Positions 26,866 through 37,048 are shown, numbered from the stretch's first letter. The stretch is DNA of 64,000 nucleotides from Alphaproteobacteria bacterium (GCA_028866275.1 JAGWIK010000010.1:7852-71851), one strand, 5' to 3'. Program-made: numbers and translations. Notes: a model not told the origin generated them from the letters alone.

Positions 26866-28200
26866 CTATAAGCCGCAGGATTTTAAGGCTTTGCTCTGCC
26901 GCTGTTCAAGTTTTTTGACGTCGAACCCGTCGATCAGGTCATGGAACATGCGATACCAGTTGATCTCGGCATTCAGCCGTAAAAAGACGGAACCCAGCCC
27001 GATGGCGGCCCTGTCCATAAACACGAATTCGCGCGGCACGGTCACGCCGCCGATTTTGCGCAATTCGGCATGGACTTTGTTCGCCGTTTCGCGGCCGTAA
27101 AGGCCGGTATTGGTTTCGTCGATGGGGCGGGTCTTGTCTTCCAGCAGGGGCGCATAAATGAATTTCGCCCATATATTAAGAGTTTCCACCAATTTCTTCG
27201 ACGGATTTGTGAACCCCCAAGCCCGATAGGCCTCGACCGCCTCGTCTTCGCGCCCGTCGCGCAAGGCCTGATACAGCGTGATAACCCCCTGCACCAATTC
27301 GGGCCTGAACACACGCACACACCCGTAGTCGAGCAAATTGATGCTGTGATCGCGCCGCACCGAATAATTGCCCAGATGCGGGTCGCCGTGAATGACGCCA
27401 TAGGCGTAAAACGGCGTATACCACGCATGAAACATATTCACGGCAATGGCGTTGCGGGTCTTCAGGGACGCACCATCGGCCAGCTTCGCCAGCCGTTCGC
27501 CGTCGAGCCATGTCATCGTCAACAAACGTTCCGTCGACAGCTCGGCCACGGGTTCGGGCACATGCACGGCGGCGGAATTTTGATGCATCAACCCGTACAG
27601 GCGCATATGTTTGGCTTCGCGCGTGTAATCCAGTTCTTCGCGCAACCGGTCGGCGATTTCCTGCTGCACCTTCTGCGTCGACACCGCGCGGTCGTATCGT
27701 TCGAACACGGCCATGACCAGCTTTAACTGCTTTAAATCCGCTTCGACCGTCGATTCCATGTCGGGATATTGCAGCTTGCACGCCAGTGCGCGCCCGTCAT
27801 GCGCCGTGGCGCGATGCACTTGCCCCAGCGACGCCGCGGCCACGGCTTCATGTTCGAAAACCCTGAATTTCTTTTCCCAATCGGGGCCAAGTTCCGCCGC
27901 CATGCGCCGCCGCACAAAGGGCCAGCCCATCGGCGGCGCGTCGGATTGCAGCTGCGCCAGCTCGGCCGCATATTCCTTGGGCACGGCGTCGGGAATGGTG
28001 GCAAGGATTTGCGCTACCTTCATCAACGGGCCTTTCAACCCGCCCAGCGCCGCGCGCAAACGTTCGGCCTGTTTCTGGCGGTCGGGATTGAGGCCCAGCA
28101 ATTTCTGCCCCGCCGCGCGCGCGCCGAGCCCCGCCATCGAGGTCGACACTTTGGCATAGCGCGTAACGCGTTTGCGAAGGGATGATTTTTGTTTCGGCAT
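26866..28200 (-). CDS. ABC1/AarF/UbiB-family atypical protein kinase
   Basis: LKGPLMKVAQILATIPDAVPKEYAAELAQLQSDAPPM, AAASLGQVHRA, HGDPHLGN. Confidence 0.88.
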   Translation of the reverse strand: MPKQKSSLRKRVTRYAKVSTSMAGLGARAAGQKLLGLNPDRQKQAERLRAALGGLKGPLMKVAQILATIPDAVPKEYAAELAQLQSDAPPMGWPFVRRRMAAELGPDWEKKFRVFEHEAVAAASLGQVHRATAHDGRALACKLQYPDMESTVEADLKQLKLVMAVFERYDRAVSTQKVQQEIADRLREELDYTREAKHMRLYGLMHQNSAAVHVPEPVAELSTERLLTMTWLDGERLAKLADGASLKTRNAIAVNMFHAWYTPFYAYGVIHGDPHLGNYSVRRDHSINLLDYGCVRVFRPELVQGVITLYQALRDGREDEAVEAYRAWGFTNPSKKLVETLNIWAKFIYAPLLEDKTRPIDETNTGLYGRETANKVHAELRKIGGVTVPREFVFMDRAAIGLGSVFLRLNAEINWYRMFHDLIDGFDVKKLEQRQSKALKSCGL

Positions 28201-28210
28201 AGCCCTGCGA

Positions 28211-28951
28211 TTATATCATCGCCATGCCGCCATTGATATGCAGCGTCTGGCCGGTGATGTATCCCGCTTCGTCGCTGGCAAGGAAGGCGACGCCCGCACC
28301 GATATCGGACGGTTTGCCCATCGCGCCCGCGGGGATGCTGGCAAGAATTTTACCCTTCTGGTCATCGGTCAGCACATCGGTCATGGCCGAAGCAATAAAA
28401 CCGGGGGCGACGCAATTGACCGTGACATTGCGCGACGCGATTTCCTGCGCCAGCGATTTCGACATGCCGATAAGGCCAGCCTTCGACGCGGCGTAATTGG
28501 CCTGCCCGCCATTGCCGGTGACGCCGACGACCGAGGTAATGCTGATAATACGGCCCCAACGGCGCGACATCATGCCCTTCAACGCCGCGCGCGACAGACG
28601 GAACGCCGCGGACAGGTTGACGTTCAAAACGGTATCCCAATCTTCGTCTTTCATGCGCAGGGCCAACCCGTCGCGCGTCAACCCTGCGTTGTTGACCAGA
28701 ATATCAATGCCGCCGCCGGCTTGCGCTTCGGCGTCTTTCAACAACGTGGCGGGAACAGACGGATCGGACAGATTGCCCGCGGCAACAAAAGCCCGTTCAC
28801 CCAGTTCATCCTTCAACGCGTTCAGCGCATCCACCTTGGTGCCCGACAGCACGATTTTCGCCCCTTGCGCATGTAAAGCCTGTGCGATGGCCTTGCCAAG
28901 ACCGCCTGACGCGCCGGTGACAAGCGCATTTTTGCCGGAAAGTGAAAACAT
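28211..28951 (-). CDS. fabG: 3-oxoacyl-[acyl-carrier-protein] reductase
   Basis: 246 aa, TGASGGLGKAIA, NNAG, YAASKAG, GQTLHINGGMAMI. Start trimmed to ATG at 28951. Confidence 0.88.
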   Translation of the reverse strand: MFSLSGKNALVTGASGGLGKAIAQALHAQGAKIVLSGTKVDALNALKDELGERAFVAAGNLSDPSVPATLLKDAEAQAGGGIDILVNNAGLTRDGLALRMKDEDWDTVLNVNLSAAFRLSRAALKGMMSRRWGRIISITSVVGVTGNGGQANYAASKAGLIGMSKSLAQEIASRNVTVNCVAPGFIASAMTDVLTDDQKGKILASIPAGAMGKPSDIGAGVAFLASDEAGYITGQTLHINGGMAMI

Positions 28952-29108
28952 GGGAAAAAACCTTTGAATGGGGTGACGACAGGAAAAGACAAGAAAGACA
29001 GAAAAATGGCATATCAACGCCGCGCCGCGATGACAAGTTGTAAAAACAACCGGTTTTGCATTCGCCGATTCAGGTTATATATAACAAGCCCTTTTCGAAT
29101 GGTCGGTC

Positions 29109-30434
29109 ATGACGCGCCCCAGCCTGCCAAATTTTTGCCGTTCTTTTTTGCCCAAGGACGATGATTTCCGCCTGTTAATAGCGGCAGCTGTCATCGGCGC
29201 CATCGGCGCGGCGGCGGCTTTGCTGTTCCATTACGCCTTTATCGCCGCGCAAAAAATATTTAACCCCAATGTTTCGGAAATTGTCGCGCTGGCCACATCG
29301 CTCCCCTGGTGGGGACGGTTGCTGTTGCCGACGCTGGGGGGGGCTTTGGGCGGCGTGTGCCTGAAATTCGGGCTGCATTGGGTGGCGCGGCGCGGGGCCG
29401 ACGACTATCTGGAAGCCATTACCATCGGCGACGGGGTCATCGGCGCGCGGCAAACGCTGATCAAAAGCTGTTCGTCGCTTTGCTCCATCGCCAGCGGCGC
29501 ATCGATCGGCCGCGAAGGGTCGATGGTTCAATTGGCCGCAATGGTCGGCTCCGCGCTGGGACAGAAATGCCGCGTTTCCAAGGAAAAATTGCGCCTGTTC
29601 GTCGCATGCGGCGCGACGGCGGGCATCACCGTGGCTTACAACGCGCCTATCGCGGCATCGATTTTCGTGACCGAGATTTCAGGCGGCATGATCAGCAAAA
29701 ACACTCTGGGCCCGCTGATCGTCACATCGGTCATCGCCAATATCATGGCGCGATGGCTGTTCGGCGTCACGCCTGTTTATCAAATGCCCTCCTTCCCGCC
29801 GATAGCGGGATGGGAAGTCTTTACCTATGTCGGGCTCGGCATCGTCTGCGGGTTTGGCGCGCCGCTGTTCCGGCGCATCCTTGACATGTTCCGCGCCGGT
29901 TTCGTGCGCCTGCCGTTGGGCCTGATCGGCAATATGGCATTAGGAGGTCTGGGCGTCGGGCTGATCTCGGTGTGGGAACCGGCGGTATGGGGCAACGGAT
30001 ACAGCGTGGTCAATTCCGTCTTGCATCACCCATGGACGTGGCAGGCCCTGTTGGCGATTTTGGTGCTGAAAGTACTGGCCACGGCATTATGTTCGGGATC
30101 GGGCGCCGTCGGCGGTGTTTTCACGCCGACCATTTTCGTCGGCGCCGCCGTCGGCGCCCTGTACGGCCACATATTGGGAACATTCACCCCCCTGCCCGAC
30201 ACCGTCATTGCGTCTTACGCCATGGTCGGCATGGGCGCATTTCTGGCGTCAGTCACCTATGCGCCGTTGATGTGCATTTTGATGATTTTCGAAATGACGC
30301 TCAGTTACGAAATTATCCTGCCATTGATGCTGGCCTGCGTTATCGGCCACTACATCGCGCATCGCCTGCGCCCGCATTCTATTTATACCCAACGCGGCGA
30401 ACGCAAGAATGAATCACGCATCATCGGGTCATAA
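29109..30434 (+). CDS. ClC-family anion channel/transporter, divergent (no GSGIP motif seen)
   Basis: 441 aa. GASIGREGSMVQL and GAVGGVFTPT motifs present. The region where GSGIP would lie reads ARRGADDYLEAI. Confidence 0.8.
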   Translation: MTRPSLPNFCRSFLPKDDDFRLLIAAAVIGAIGAAAALLFHYAFIAAQKIFNPNVSEIVALATSLPWWGRLLLPTLGGALGGVCLKFGLHWVARRGADDYLEAITIGDGVIGARQTLIKSCSSLCSIASGASIGREGSMVQLAAMVGSALGQKCRVSKEKLRLFVACGATAGITVAYNAPIAASIFVTEISGGMISKNTLGPLIVTSVIANIMARWLFGVTPVYQMPSFPPIAGWEVFTYVGLGIVCGFGAPLFRRILDMFRAGFVRLPLGLIGNMALGGLGVGLISVWEPAVWGNGYSVVNSVLHHPWTWQALLAILVLKVLATALCSGSGAVGGVFTPTIFVGAAVGALYGHILGTFTPLPDTVIASYAMVGMGAFLASVTYAPLMCILMIFEMTLSYEIILPLMLACVIGHYIAHRLRPHSIYTQRGERKNESRIIGS

Positions 30435-31133
30435 TTTGCGGAACCAGAAACAGCCGCAGGCATAAGTTTGCCGCGCCAGCAAATCGGCATCGGGCGCGCC
30501 CACAAGACCCAGTTCTTGCTGGTCGGGAATAAGCGCGGATTCGACCAGCTCGAACCCGCCGGCGAACAGATCCAGCACGGATTGCCATGTATAAATGCGA
30601 TGCGCGTTGAACTGGATCGCGGCGACCCTGCCGACAGGAACGACGAACAATATATTGCCGCCACGGCTGGTTATCCGTTGAATTTCGCGCACGGCTTTAA
30701 TGTCGCCATCATAGTCGATATCGTCGCCGTAACGCCCCAACCCGACATGTTCGACTGCGTGCATGCAGCTCAACGACTCCACGCTGTCATCGGGCAGCGA
30801 GATTTTCGTCAGATCCTCGCGGCGCACGGAAAGCCCGTCGAGCCTGATATCGGCAGGCCGGATATCGCAAAACACCGTGGGAACCCAGGCCGATATCGCG
30901 GCGGCAAAGGACAAAACCGAGGAAAAATCGTAATGAAGGGCCGGCGCGATGCGCCGCAGGATTCGGCACGCCCAGGCGGGATGATATAAATAATGCCGGT
31001 CGAACGCGGTGGACGGCGTATCTTCATTCAGAATCGGGAAAAAGATGGACTCATCCAGCAAAAAACGCCGCCTTGTCCGGCTTTCCTGCGCGCGCAGATC
31101 GTGAAAATGCTCGCGAAATTGGTGCTGGTTCAT
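30429..31133 (-). CDS. SAM-methyltransferase-fold protein, DUF268-like
   Basis: 234 aa, SLSCMHAVEHVGLGRYGDDIDYDGDIKAVREIQRITSRGGNILFVVPVG. Family recognised from memory of the GLGRYGD motif; not verified. Confidence 0.55.
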   Translation of the reverse strand: MNQHQFREHFHDLRAQESRTRRRFLLDESIFFPILNEDTPSTAFDRHYLYHPAWACRILRRIAPALHYDFSSVLSFAAAISAWVPTVFCDIRPADIRLDGLSVRREDLTKISLPDDSVESLSCMHAVEHVGLGRYGDDIDYDGDIKAVREIQRITSRGGNILFVVPVGRVAAIQFNAHRIYTWQSVLDLFAGGFELVESALIPDQQELGLVGAPDADLLARQTYACGCFWFRKL

Positions 31134-31245
31134 CTCGGGTAATCTGAAAAGCGTGGGGAGCCGGCAAGCATCCCAAAGTTTCCGGACGGGGGCAAGAAAA
31201 ACCGCCCGGGAACTTTACCCGAAATTTACTCTTTTCGCCGATACC

Positions 31246-32565
31246 ATGGGTATGACCCGCCAAGAACTCTATGAAACCGGCAAAAGCATCCTCTCCTTTG
31301 CGCACTGGCGCAACCGGCTGGTGTTCTGGTGCGGCGCGATCGTCGTCGGCATGATCGCCGCAGGGTTTGCCTATATTTCCGATTACGCCCAGAAACTGTT
31401 CGCCGACATGGCCTCGGCGCATCGCTTGCTGCCTTTGGCCATCAGCCCGCTTATTCTGGGGCTGACCGGCTGGCTGACGGCGCGGTTCTGCCCCAACGCC
31501 GTGGGCAGCGGCATCCCCCAGGCTATCGCCGCGCGCGTCGCTGATACGCACGAAGAACGCAGCGCGTTGCTGGGATGGCGCGTATTGATTGGCAAAATTG
31601 TGCTGACCGCTATGGGTCTTCTGGGCGGCGCGTCGATCGGGCGCGAAGGGCCGACGGTGCAAATCGGGGCGGCGCTTTTGTATTGGGGCGGATATCTTGG
31701 GAAAATGAATGCCGAAATGTCGCGCAGCGTTATCCTCGCCGGCGCCGGCGCCGGTATCGCGGCGGCGTTCAATACGCCGCTGGCGGGCATCGTCTTTGCT
31801 ATCGAAGAAATGGCCCGCGCGTTTGAATATCGCTACAGCAGCGTCGTGCTGACCGCCATTGTGTTCGCGGGCGCGTCGTCGCTGTCGATATTGGGCAATT
31901 ACAGCTATTTCGGCTATGCCGACGGCGGATATGATATCGGGCGCGATTTTGTCGCCATCGGCGTTATCGGCGTTCTGGGCGGCTTGCTGGGCGGGCTATT
32001 CGCCCGCGCCCTGATCGACGGCGGCAAGCATTTTTATGACTTCTGCCGCAAACGCCACTTTCACCATCCTTTTTTGTTCGCCGCCGTCTGCGGTCTTATC
32101 ATCGCCGGTTTCGGCCTTGTCACGAACGGCGCGACCTACGGTTCCGGATACGAACAGGCGCGCGCCATGTTGCAAGGACAGGATACGGGCGCGTGGTTTT
32201 ATACGGTCGCCAAATTTATCACGACGACAGTTTCGGGTTTTTGCGGCATTCCGGGCGGGATTTTTTCCCCCAGCCTGTCGGTCGGCGCGGGTTTCGGGTC
32301 GACCATGTCGCTGTTGTTCCCCGCGATGCCGGTGGCAGGCGCCGTCCTGCTGGGCATGACCGCCTATTTTTCAGGCGTGACCCAGGCTCCCATTACCGCT
32401 TTTATCATTGTGCTGGAAATTTCGGGGCGTGAATCCCTTCCCGTTCCCCTGATCGCCGCCGCCGTCATCGCCTCGGCCGTCAGCCGCCTGATCTGCCCGA
32501 TTTCGCTGTATCACGAATTGGCAAAACAATTCATCGCGCAGGAAAAAGCCGCCCATCTGGAATAG
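31246..32565 (+). CDS. ClC-family chloride/proton antiporter, canonical motifs
   Basis: GSGIPQ, GREGPTVQ and GIPGGIFSPS all present. Start trimmed to ATG at 31246. Confidence 0.88.
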   Translation: MGMTRQELYETGKSILSFAHWRNRLVFWCGAIVVGMIAAGFAYISDYAQKLFADMASAHRLLPLAISPLILGLTGWLTARFCPNAVGSGIPQAIAARVADTHEERSALLGWRVLIGKIVLTAMGLLGGASIGREGPTVQIGAALLYWGGYLGKMNAEMSRSVILAGAGAGIAAAFNTPLAGIVFAIEEMARAFEYRYSSVVLTAIVFAGASSLSILGNYSYFGYADGGYDIGRDFVAIGVIGVLGGLLGGLFARALIDGGKHFYDFCRKRHFHHPFLFAAVCGLIIAGFGLVTNGATYGSGYEQARAMLQGQDTGAWFYTVAKFITTTVSGFCGIPGGIFSPSLSVGAGFGSTMSLLFPAMPVAGAVLLGMTAYFSGVTQAPITAFIIVLEISGRESLPVPLIAAAVIASAVSRLICPISLYHELAKQFIAQEKAAHLE

Positions 32566-32661
32566 GCCTTTATCGACGCGCACGGATTTGGGGCGCCCCG
32601 CTTTACAAACCGTCACCAGTGAAGATATTTTTGCCCACCGGATCTTTCAGGGAAAAAGCCG

Positions 32662-33705
32662 ATGAAAATTCTTATCACAGGCAATATGGGATATCTGGGC
32701 ACGGTTCTGGCCAAGCATTTGCGCGCGACGATGCGCGGGGCACGGCTTTACGGTTACGATTCCGGTTTTTTTGCCCATTGCCTGACGACAAAAGACCGCT
32801 TGCCGGAAAGCGTTTATGCCGCACAGTATTTCGGCGATGTGCGTGATTTTCCCGCCCCCCTTCTGGACGGTGTCGATGCCGTCGTGCATCTGGCCGCCAT
32901 ATCTAACGACCCCATCGGCAACAAATTCGAAAAAGTCACCGCCGATATCAATCACGATGCGACAATCGCCCTGGCGCGCGCCGCCATCGATCATGGCGTC
33001 AAAAGCTTTGTTTTCACGTCGAGTTGCAGCCTATACGGCGCCGCCGCAGACGGAGCCCGAAAGGAATCCGACGCCCTTAATCCGCTTACGGCCTATGCGC
33101 GATCCAAAGCCGCATGCGAACGGGATCTGCGCGCCCTGAACGGCAAAGGCATGCGCATCACGGCGCTGCGCCTTGCGACCGCCTGCGGCATGTCGGGCAG
33201 GCTCAGGCTCGATCTCGTTCTCAACGATTTTGTCGCAAGCGCGATGACGGAAGGAACCATTAAAATTCTAAGCGACGGCACGCCGTGGCGTCCGTTGATC
33301 GACACGCAAGACATCGCCCGCGCCATAGAATGGGGCCTGACGAGAGACCGCGTGGCCGGCGACGATTTTATGGCCGTCAATATCGGCGCGCAGGCCTGCA
33401 ATTATCAGGTTCACGCCCTTGCCGAATCCGTGGCGCGCGCAATCCCCGGCGTCAAAATAGATATCAACACGAAGGCCGCCCCCGACAAAAGGTCGTACCA
33501 AGTCGATTTCGGCCTTTTCCGCAATCTGGCCCCGCGCCACCAGCCGCAAATTGACCTTGACCGATCGATTGCGGCGTTAAGGGACGGGATTGCGTCTTCC
33601 GGAATCCATCAAAACCGCATGGACGGGGCGATGCTGATACGTCTTAAAACCCTTGAATCGCACATCGACGCGGGAAGATTGTCGGCTGACTTGCGCTGGA
33701 CATGA
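32662..33705 (+). CDS. NAD-dependent nucleotide-sugar epimerase/dehydratase (extended SDR)
   Basis: MKILITGNMGYLGTVL Rossmann motif, SSCSLYG, YARSKAACE (YxxxK). Confidence 0.85.
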   Translation: MKILITGNMGYLGTVLAKHLRATMRGARLYGYDSGFFAHCLTTKDRLPESVYAAQYFGDVRDFPAPLLDGVDAVVHLAAISNDPIGNKFEKVTADINHDATIALARAAIDHGVKSFVFTSSCSLYGAAADGARKESDALNPLTAYARSKAACERDLRALNGKGMRITALRLATACGMSGRLRLDLVLNDFVASAMTEGTIKILSDGTPWRPLIDTQDIARAIEWGLTRDRVAGDDFMAVNIGAQACNYQVHALAESVARAIPGVKIDINTKAAPDKRSYQVDFGLFRNLAPRHQPQIDLDRSIAALRDGIASSGIHQNRMDGAMLIRLKTLESHIDAGRLSADLRWT

Positions 33706-34952
33706 CAAAAAGGTTGGTCAGGCTTGCCCGACCTGATAGCGTGGAAACCCTTCCTTACACATCCTTCGTCGCCATGCCAAACCCGCCTTTGCTCAGCTTT
33801 TGCATCTTCACTTACAATCGCGCCTTTCTGCTAACGCAGCTTCTCGATCAGCTTGTTCAAATCAAGAACGCCTTTCCGCCAGGCGTTATCGAGGTTGTTA
33901 TCAGCGACAACGCTTCGACCGACGCGACCGCCGCCATCGTGGGCGAGCGTTACCGTGACCACGGATTCAAGCTGGTGGTGCAGGAACGCCATATCGGCAT
34001 CACCCAAAACTGGCTGCGCGCCATGCAGGAATCCAGCGGCACCTATATCTGGTCGTATGCCGACGACGACTTGTTCGACATACCCGCCGTCATCGACATG
34101 ATCGTCAACCATTTGCAACACCGTACGGCCGACTTCTATCACGTCAATCATGCGCAAGGCATTTATACGGACACCCCACGCCGTTCCGCCGTCATGGGGC
34201 AAATCCATCATGGCCTCGACTGCGACATCATCTTTCCCGACATGGCGTCGATGATCCCCTATTGCGGCGTGGTGCTGCGCGGCATTCTTGTTCTTGGCAA
34301 TATCTTTCGCGGCGACGCCATTCGCGGACATGACTTTTCCGATTGCTTCGCCCTTGACGACATGATCGAAAACGCCGCCGTTCTGCTGAAAGCATTTAAA
34401 AACAGCAAATGCGCGCTGCTGCATAAATGCAGCATGATCCACATTCACCCTCCCGAGCCGCGTTGGTTCGGCGACGCCAAGAACGGATTGCCGGGCCGCT
34501 ATATCCTGACTTTTTCCCTGATCCGTCGCATGATCGATTTGGCGAGAAACGGCACGATTGCCCCGCGCATGATCGAAGATGACGGTTTTCTGTGGGTCGA
34601 AAAACAGGGCAGCCAGTATTTGACTATACGCAAGACCCTGCCTCATGTCCTGTATCCCGACATTCTCGACGTCATCAAAAAAATAGGACACCCCATGGAA
34701 GCGAGGGATTCGGAAATTTTGAACGATTTTGCCGGCTATCTTTCAGACCCGGCCATGAAGCTTGTTTTCGCCGGACTCAGCCAATTCGCCGCGACGCAAT
34801 CCCCCGAGATTTCGGCGAGGCTCGAAAGACTACGCCCGCAGATTAATAATTCCGGTCGTGTCGTCATGTGGCAGGCCGATTCCTGCCCGCCCTACGATCG
34901 CTATGTAGGGCAAACGCTCGACCTGTCGGGCCTAGGCGCGAATAGCCTCTGA
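33702..34952 (+). CDS. Glycosyltransferase family 2 with long C-terminal extension
   Basis: LSFCIFTYNRAFLL...VVISDNASTDATAAIV...YADDDD (GT-A DxD region). ATGA overlap with the epimerase gene. Confidence 0.8.
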   Translation: MTKRLVRLARPDSVETLPYTSFVAMPNPPLLSFCIFTYNRAFLLTQLLDQLVQIKNAFPPGVIEVVISDNASTDATAAIVGERYRDHGFKLVVQERHIGITQNWLRAMQESSGTYIWSYADDDLFDIPAVIDMIVNHLQHRTADFYHVNHAQGIYTDTPRRSAVMGQIHHGLDCDIIFPDMASMIPYCGVVLRGILVLGNIFRGDAIRGHDFSDCFALDDMIENAAVLLKAFKNSKCALLHKCSMIHIHPPEPRWFGDAKNGLPGRYILTFSLIRRMIDLARNGTIAPRMIEDDGFLWVEKQGSQYLTIRKTLPHVLYPDILDVIKKIGHPMEARDSEILNDFAGYLSDPAMKLVFAGLSQFAATQSPEISARLERLRPQINNSGRVVMWQADSCPPYDRYVGQTLDLSGLGANSL

Positions 34953-35822
34953 TTCAAGATCGGCCCATAATTTATTCGCTTTGCGATACCACGCATAAAA
35001 AGGCGTGGGATCCTCGACGGCGTCCCGCAGCATGTCGATCAGGAAAGACAAACGCCGATCCGCCTCTGGCTCAATCGTCGTTTCCCCATACGGGTCGGAA
35101 AGCGAAATAGTGCGGCCGCTGCCGTCGCACAACGTAAAAACAGGCTCCGCAGCATCGCAGGCAACGACGATGCGACACATCGGCAATGCCGGGCCGGCTA
35201 TATCCGCGCGCCAGGTTTCGATCTCGCCGGACCGTGTTGAGCAAATCTCCGACAAGGCAACGCTGTCATAACCCAGTTCGGCCAGCAAGGCGACAAGATG
35301 TATCCCATAAAATCTCAATGCCCCGCCGCCCTGGGCGGACTTGCGTTTCCATGTTTGAATATCCTGCGCATAATGATGCGCGCGGAAATGCCAATCGACA
35401 CTGCGCACACCTCGCCCGTTTTGCAAAAGCCCCCGCCCCCAGCGCGTATAACGGAAATTATACCCGATACGAAAAATTCGGCGCGCGCCTTCCAGCCTGT
35501 CAAGCAACGCGTCGGCCAGAAACGGCGTCGCCGCCAACGGTTTTTCAAGAAACAGGTAACGGATATTATCGTGCGCCAGGCATTCTTCGGTTAAATGCGG
35601 TTGTTCGGCGGGCGGTACGGCGATAACCGCACCGTCGCACCGCCGCAACAGCGTATCTTTGTCCGGAACCCATTCCGCTTGATCGGCGAAGGACCGGATA
35701 TCGTCGCGCGACTCCAAAAATTCGCGATAGCGCATCGGCAGGACAGGCCGGTGGCCGCAGGCGACGACGGCAGGAAGATACCCGTATAACCCAAAACCGC
35801 CGCCAAAAATTGCGATTTTCAT
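34932..35822 (-). CDS. Gfo/Idh/MocA-like oxidoreductase
   Basis: MKIAIFGGGFGLYGYLPAV...FLEKPLA N-terminal Rossmann/EKP motif. Confidence 0.65.
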   Translation of the reverse strand: MKIAIFGGGFGLYGYLPAVVACGHRPVLPMRYREFLESRDDIRSFADQAEWVPDKDTLLRRCDGAVIAVPPAEQPHLTEECLAHDNIRYLFLEKPLAATPFLADALLDRLEGARRIFRIGYNFRYTRWGRGLLQNGRGVRSVDWHFRAHHYAQDIQTWKRKSAQGGGALRFYGIHLVALLAELGYDSVALSEICSTRSGEIETWRADIAGPALPMCRIVVACDAAEPVFTLCDGSGRTISLSDPYGETTIEPEADRRLSFLIDMLRDAVEDPTPFYAWYRKANKLWADLESEAIRA

Positions 35823-37048
35823 GCGGCGTCTTCGGACGCGATGATGTCGATAAAATCGCCCCGATACCCCCGCGCCCGCAAATACGGCTTGATTTCACCG
35901 GCGATGTGCCAAGCGAGGTTGAGAAGAGGGCCTTTTTCCCGCGCAAGATCCAACGCATCGTCGGAAAGAATGGGAACCCGCGTGCCGGGTATATAATGAC
36001 CGACCTTGGCCGATTGAGGTTTTTCATAGGCAGCTTCGAGCAAATCAGCGTCAAGCCCCAGCAGCTTGACGGGTATGGCGGCGCGCCCGGGGAAAGCTTT
36101 GGCCTTCAATTTACAACCGCTTGCCTTGACGGCGGTTTCGATGGCGGCGCGTTTACGATCGCGCCAAGCGGGGATTTTTCGCGCCATGGCGTGCAACCCA
36201 TCGCCGAAATGTTTTTCCTTTTCGCGCAAGGCATCATCCGCAAAATCGTTGGCCCCGGCTGTCAGGAAAGTACGGATATTGCCATTATAGCGCGCAGGAA
36301 ACCCGACATAACCCACCTTCATGCCCAGCCTGTCGGCGATATGCATGAAAGACTCGCAGCTATAGGTGCGCGGATGTTCGTGATAGAAAGTGTCGAACTG
36401 GAACCTGTCCAGAACCGCGCCCATATAATGGTTTTCGATCACGATGCACAAAGCGTCGTGCTTGAACACATTCAGGGCGTCGATAACTTCGTCAAGATTT
36501 TCGATATGGGCGAATACGTTCGTGAAGGTGACAATATCCGGCACGCCATGTTCCGCGGCAAAGGCCCGCGCAATATCTGGACAGAAGAAATCATTGACGA
36601 TTGCATGGCCGCGCCCTTTGGCGTCTTCGGCAGCATCGGTCGGCTCGATGCCGTATGTCCGCGCGCCCTTTTCGGCGAAAAACGACAAAAGGCTGCCGTC
36701 GTTGCACCCGATGTCCAGAATCTTTTTGCCTTTCACATTGCCGAACCGCGCCTCGCAATCTTCGACCAGCTCGCGCATGCCGCTAAGCACGTCGCCGGTG
36801 TGGCGGGCGCGATAATGGTAGTTATGGGGAAACAAAGTCCGTTTCGGAATTTGAAAACGTTGATGCGCCGTCGAACAACGGCCGCAGAACAGAATTTCAA
36901 TCGGATATTCGCGGCAACGCCTTGCATCGCCGACGGGGACAAGATCGTCGCACATCGGATGCATGCCCAGATTGAGCGCCGAGCTCAACGATGCATTGCC
37001 GCAGACTTCGCATCTTGAAATCTCGCGCACGTCTTCACTTGCCATCAT
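35819..37048 (-). CDS. NDP-hexose C-methyltransferase-like SAM enzyme (TylCIII family) with N-terminal Cys4 zinc ribbon
   Basis: CEVCGN...CGRC zinc ribbon, ILDIGCNDGSLL SAM motif, C-terminal C-methyltransferase-type domain. ATGA overlap with the rfbF stop (start at 37048; alternative at 37054). Confidence 0.8.
   Translation of the reverse strand: MMASEDVREISRCEVCGNASLSSALNLGMHPMCDDLVPVGDARRCREYPIEILFCGRCSTAHQRFQIPKRTLFPHNYHYRARHTGDVLSGMRELVEDCEARFGNVKGKKILDIGCNDGSLLSFFAEKGARTYGIEPTDAAEDAKGRGHAIVNDFFCPDIARAFAAEHGVPDIVTFTNVFAHIENLDEVIDALNVFKHDALCIVIENHYMGAVLDRFQFDTFYHEHPRTYSCESFMHIADRLGMKVGYVGFPARYNGNIRTFLTAGANDFADDALREKEKHFGDGLHAMARKIPAWRDRKRAAIETAVKASGCKLKAKAFPGRAAIPVKLLGLDADLLEAAYEKPQSAKVGHYIPGTRVPILSDDALDLAREKGPLLNLAWHIAGEIKPYLRARGYRGDFIDIIASEDAA

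Noticed and set aside
29018-29108. A fluoride (crcB-motif) riboswitch upstream of the ClC genes. The second leader at 31134-31245 was also checked.
   Set aside because: I found neither the conserved GGnGAUGG 5' element nor the CUGAUGA-type 3' element in either leader.
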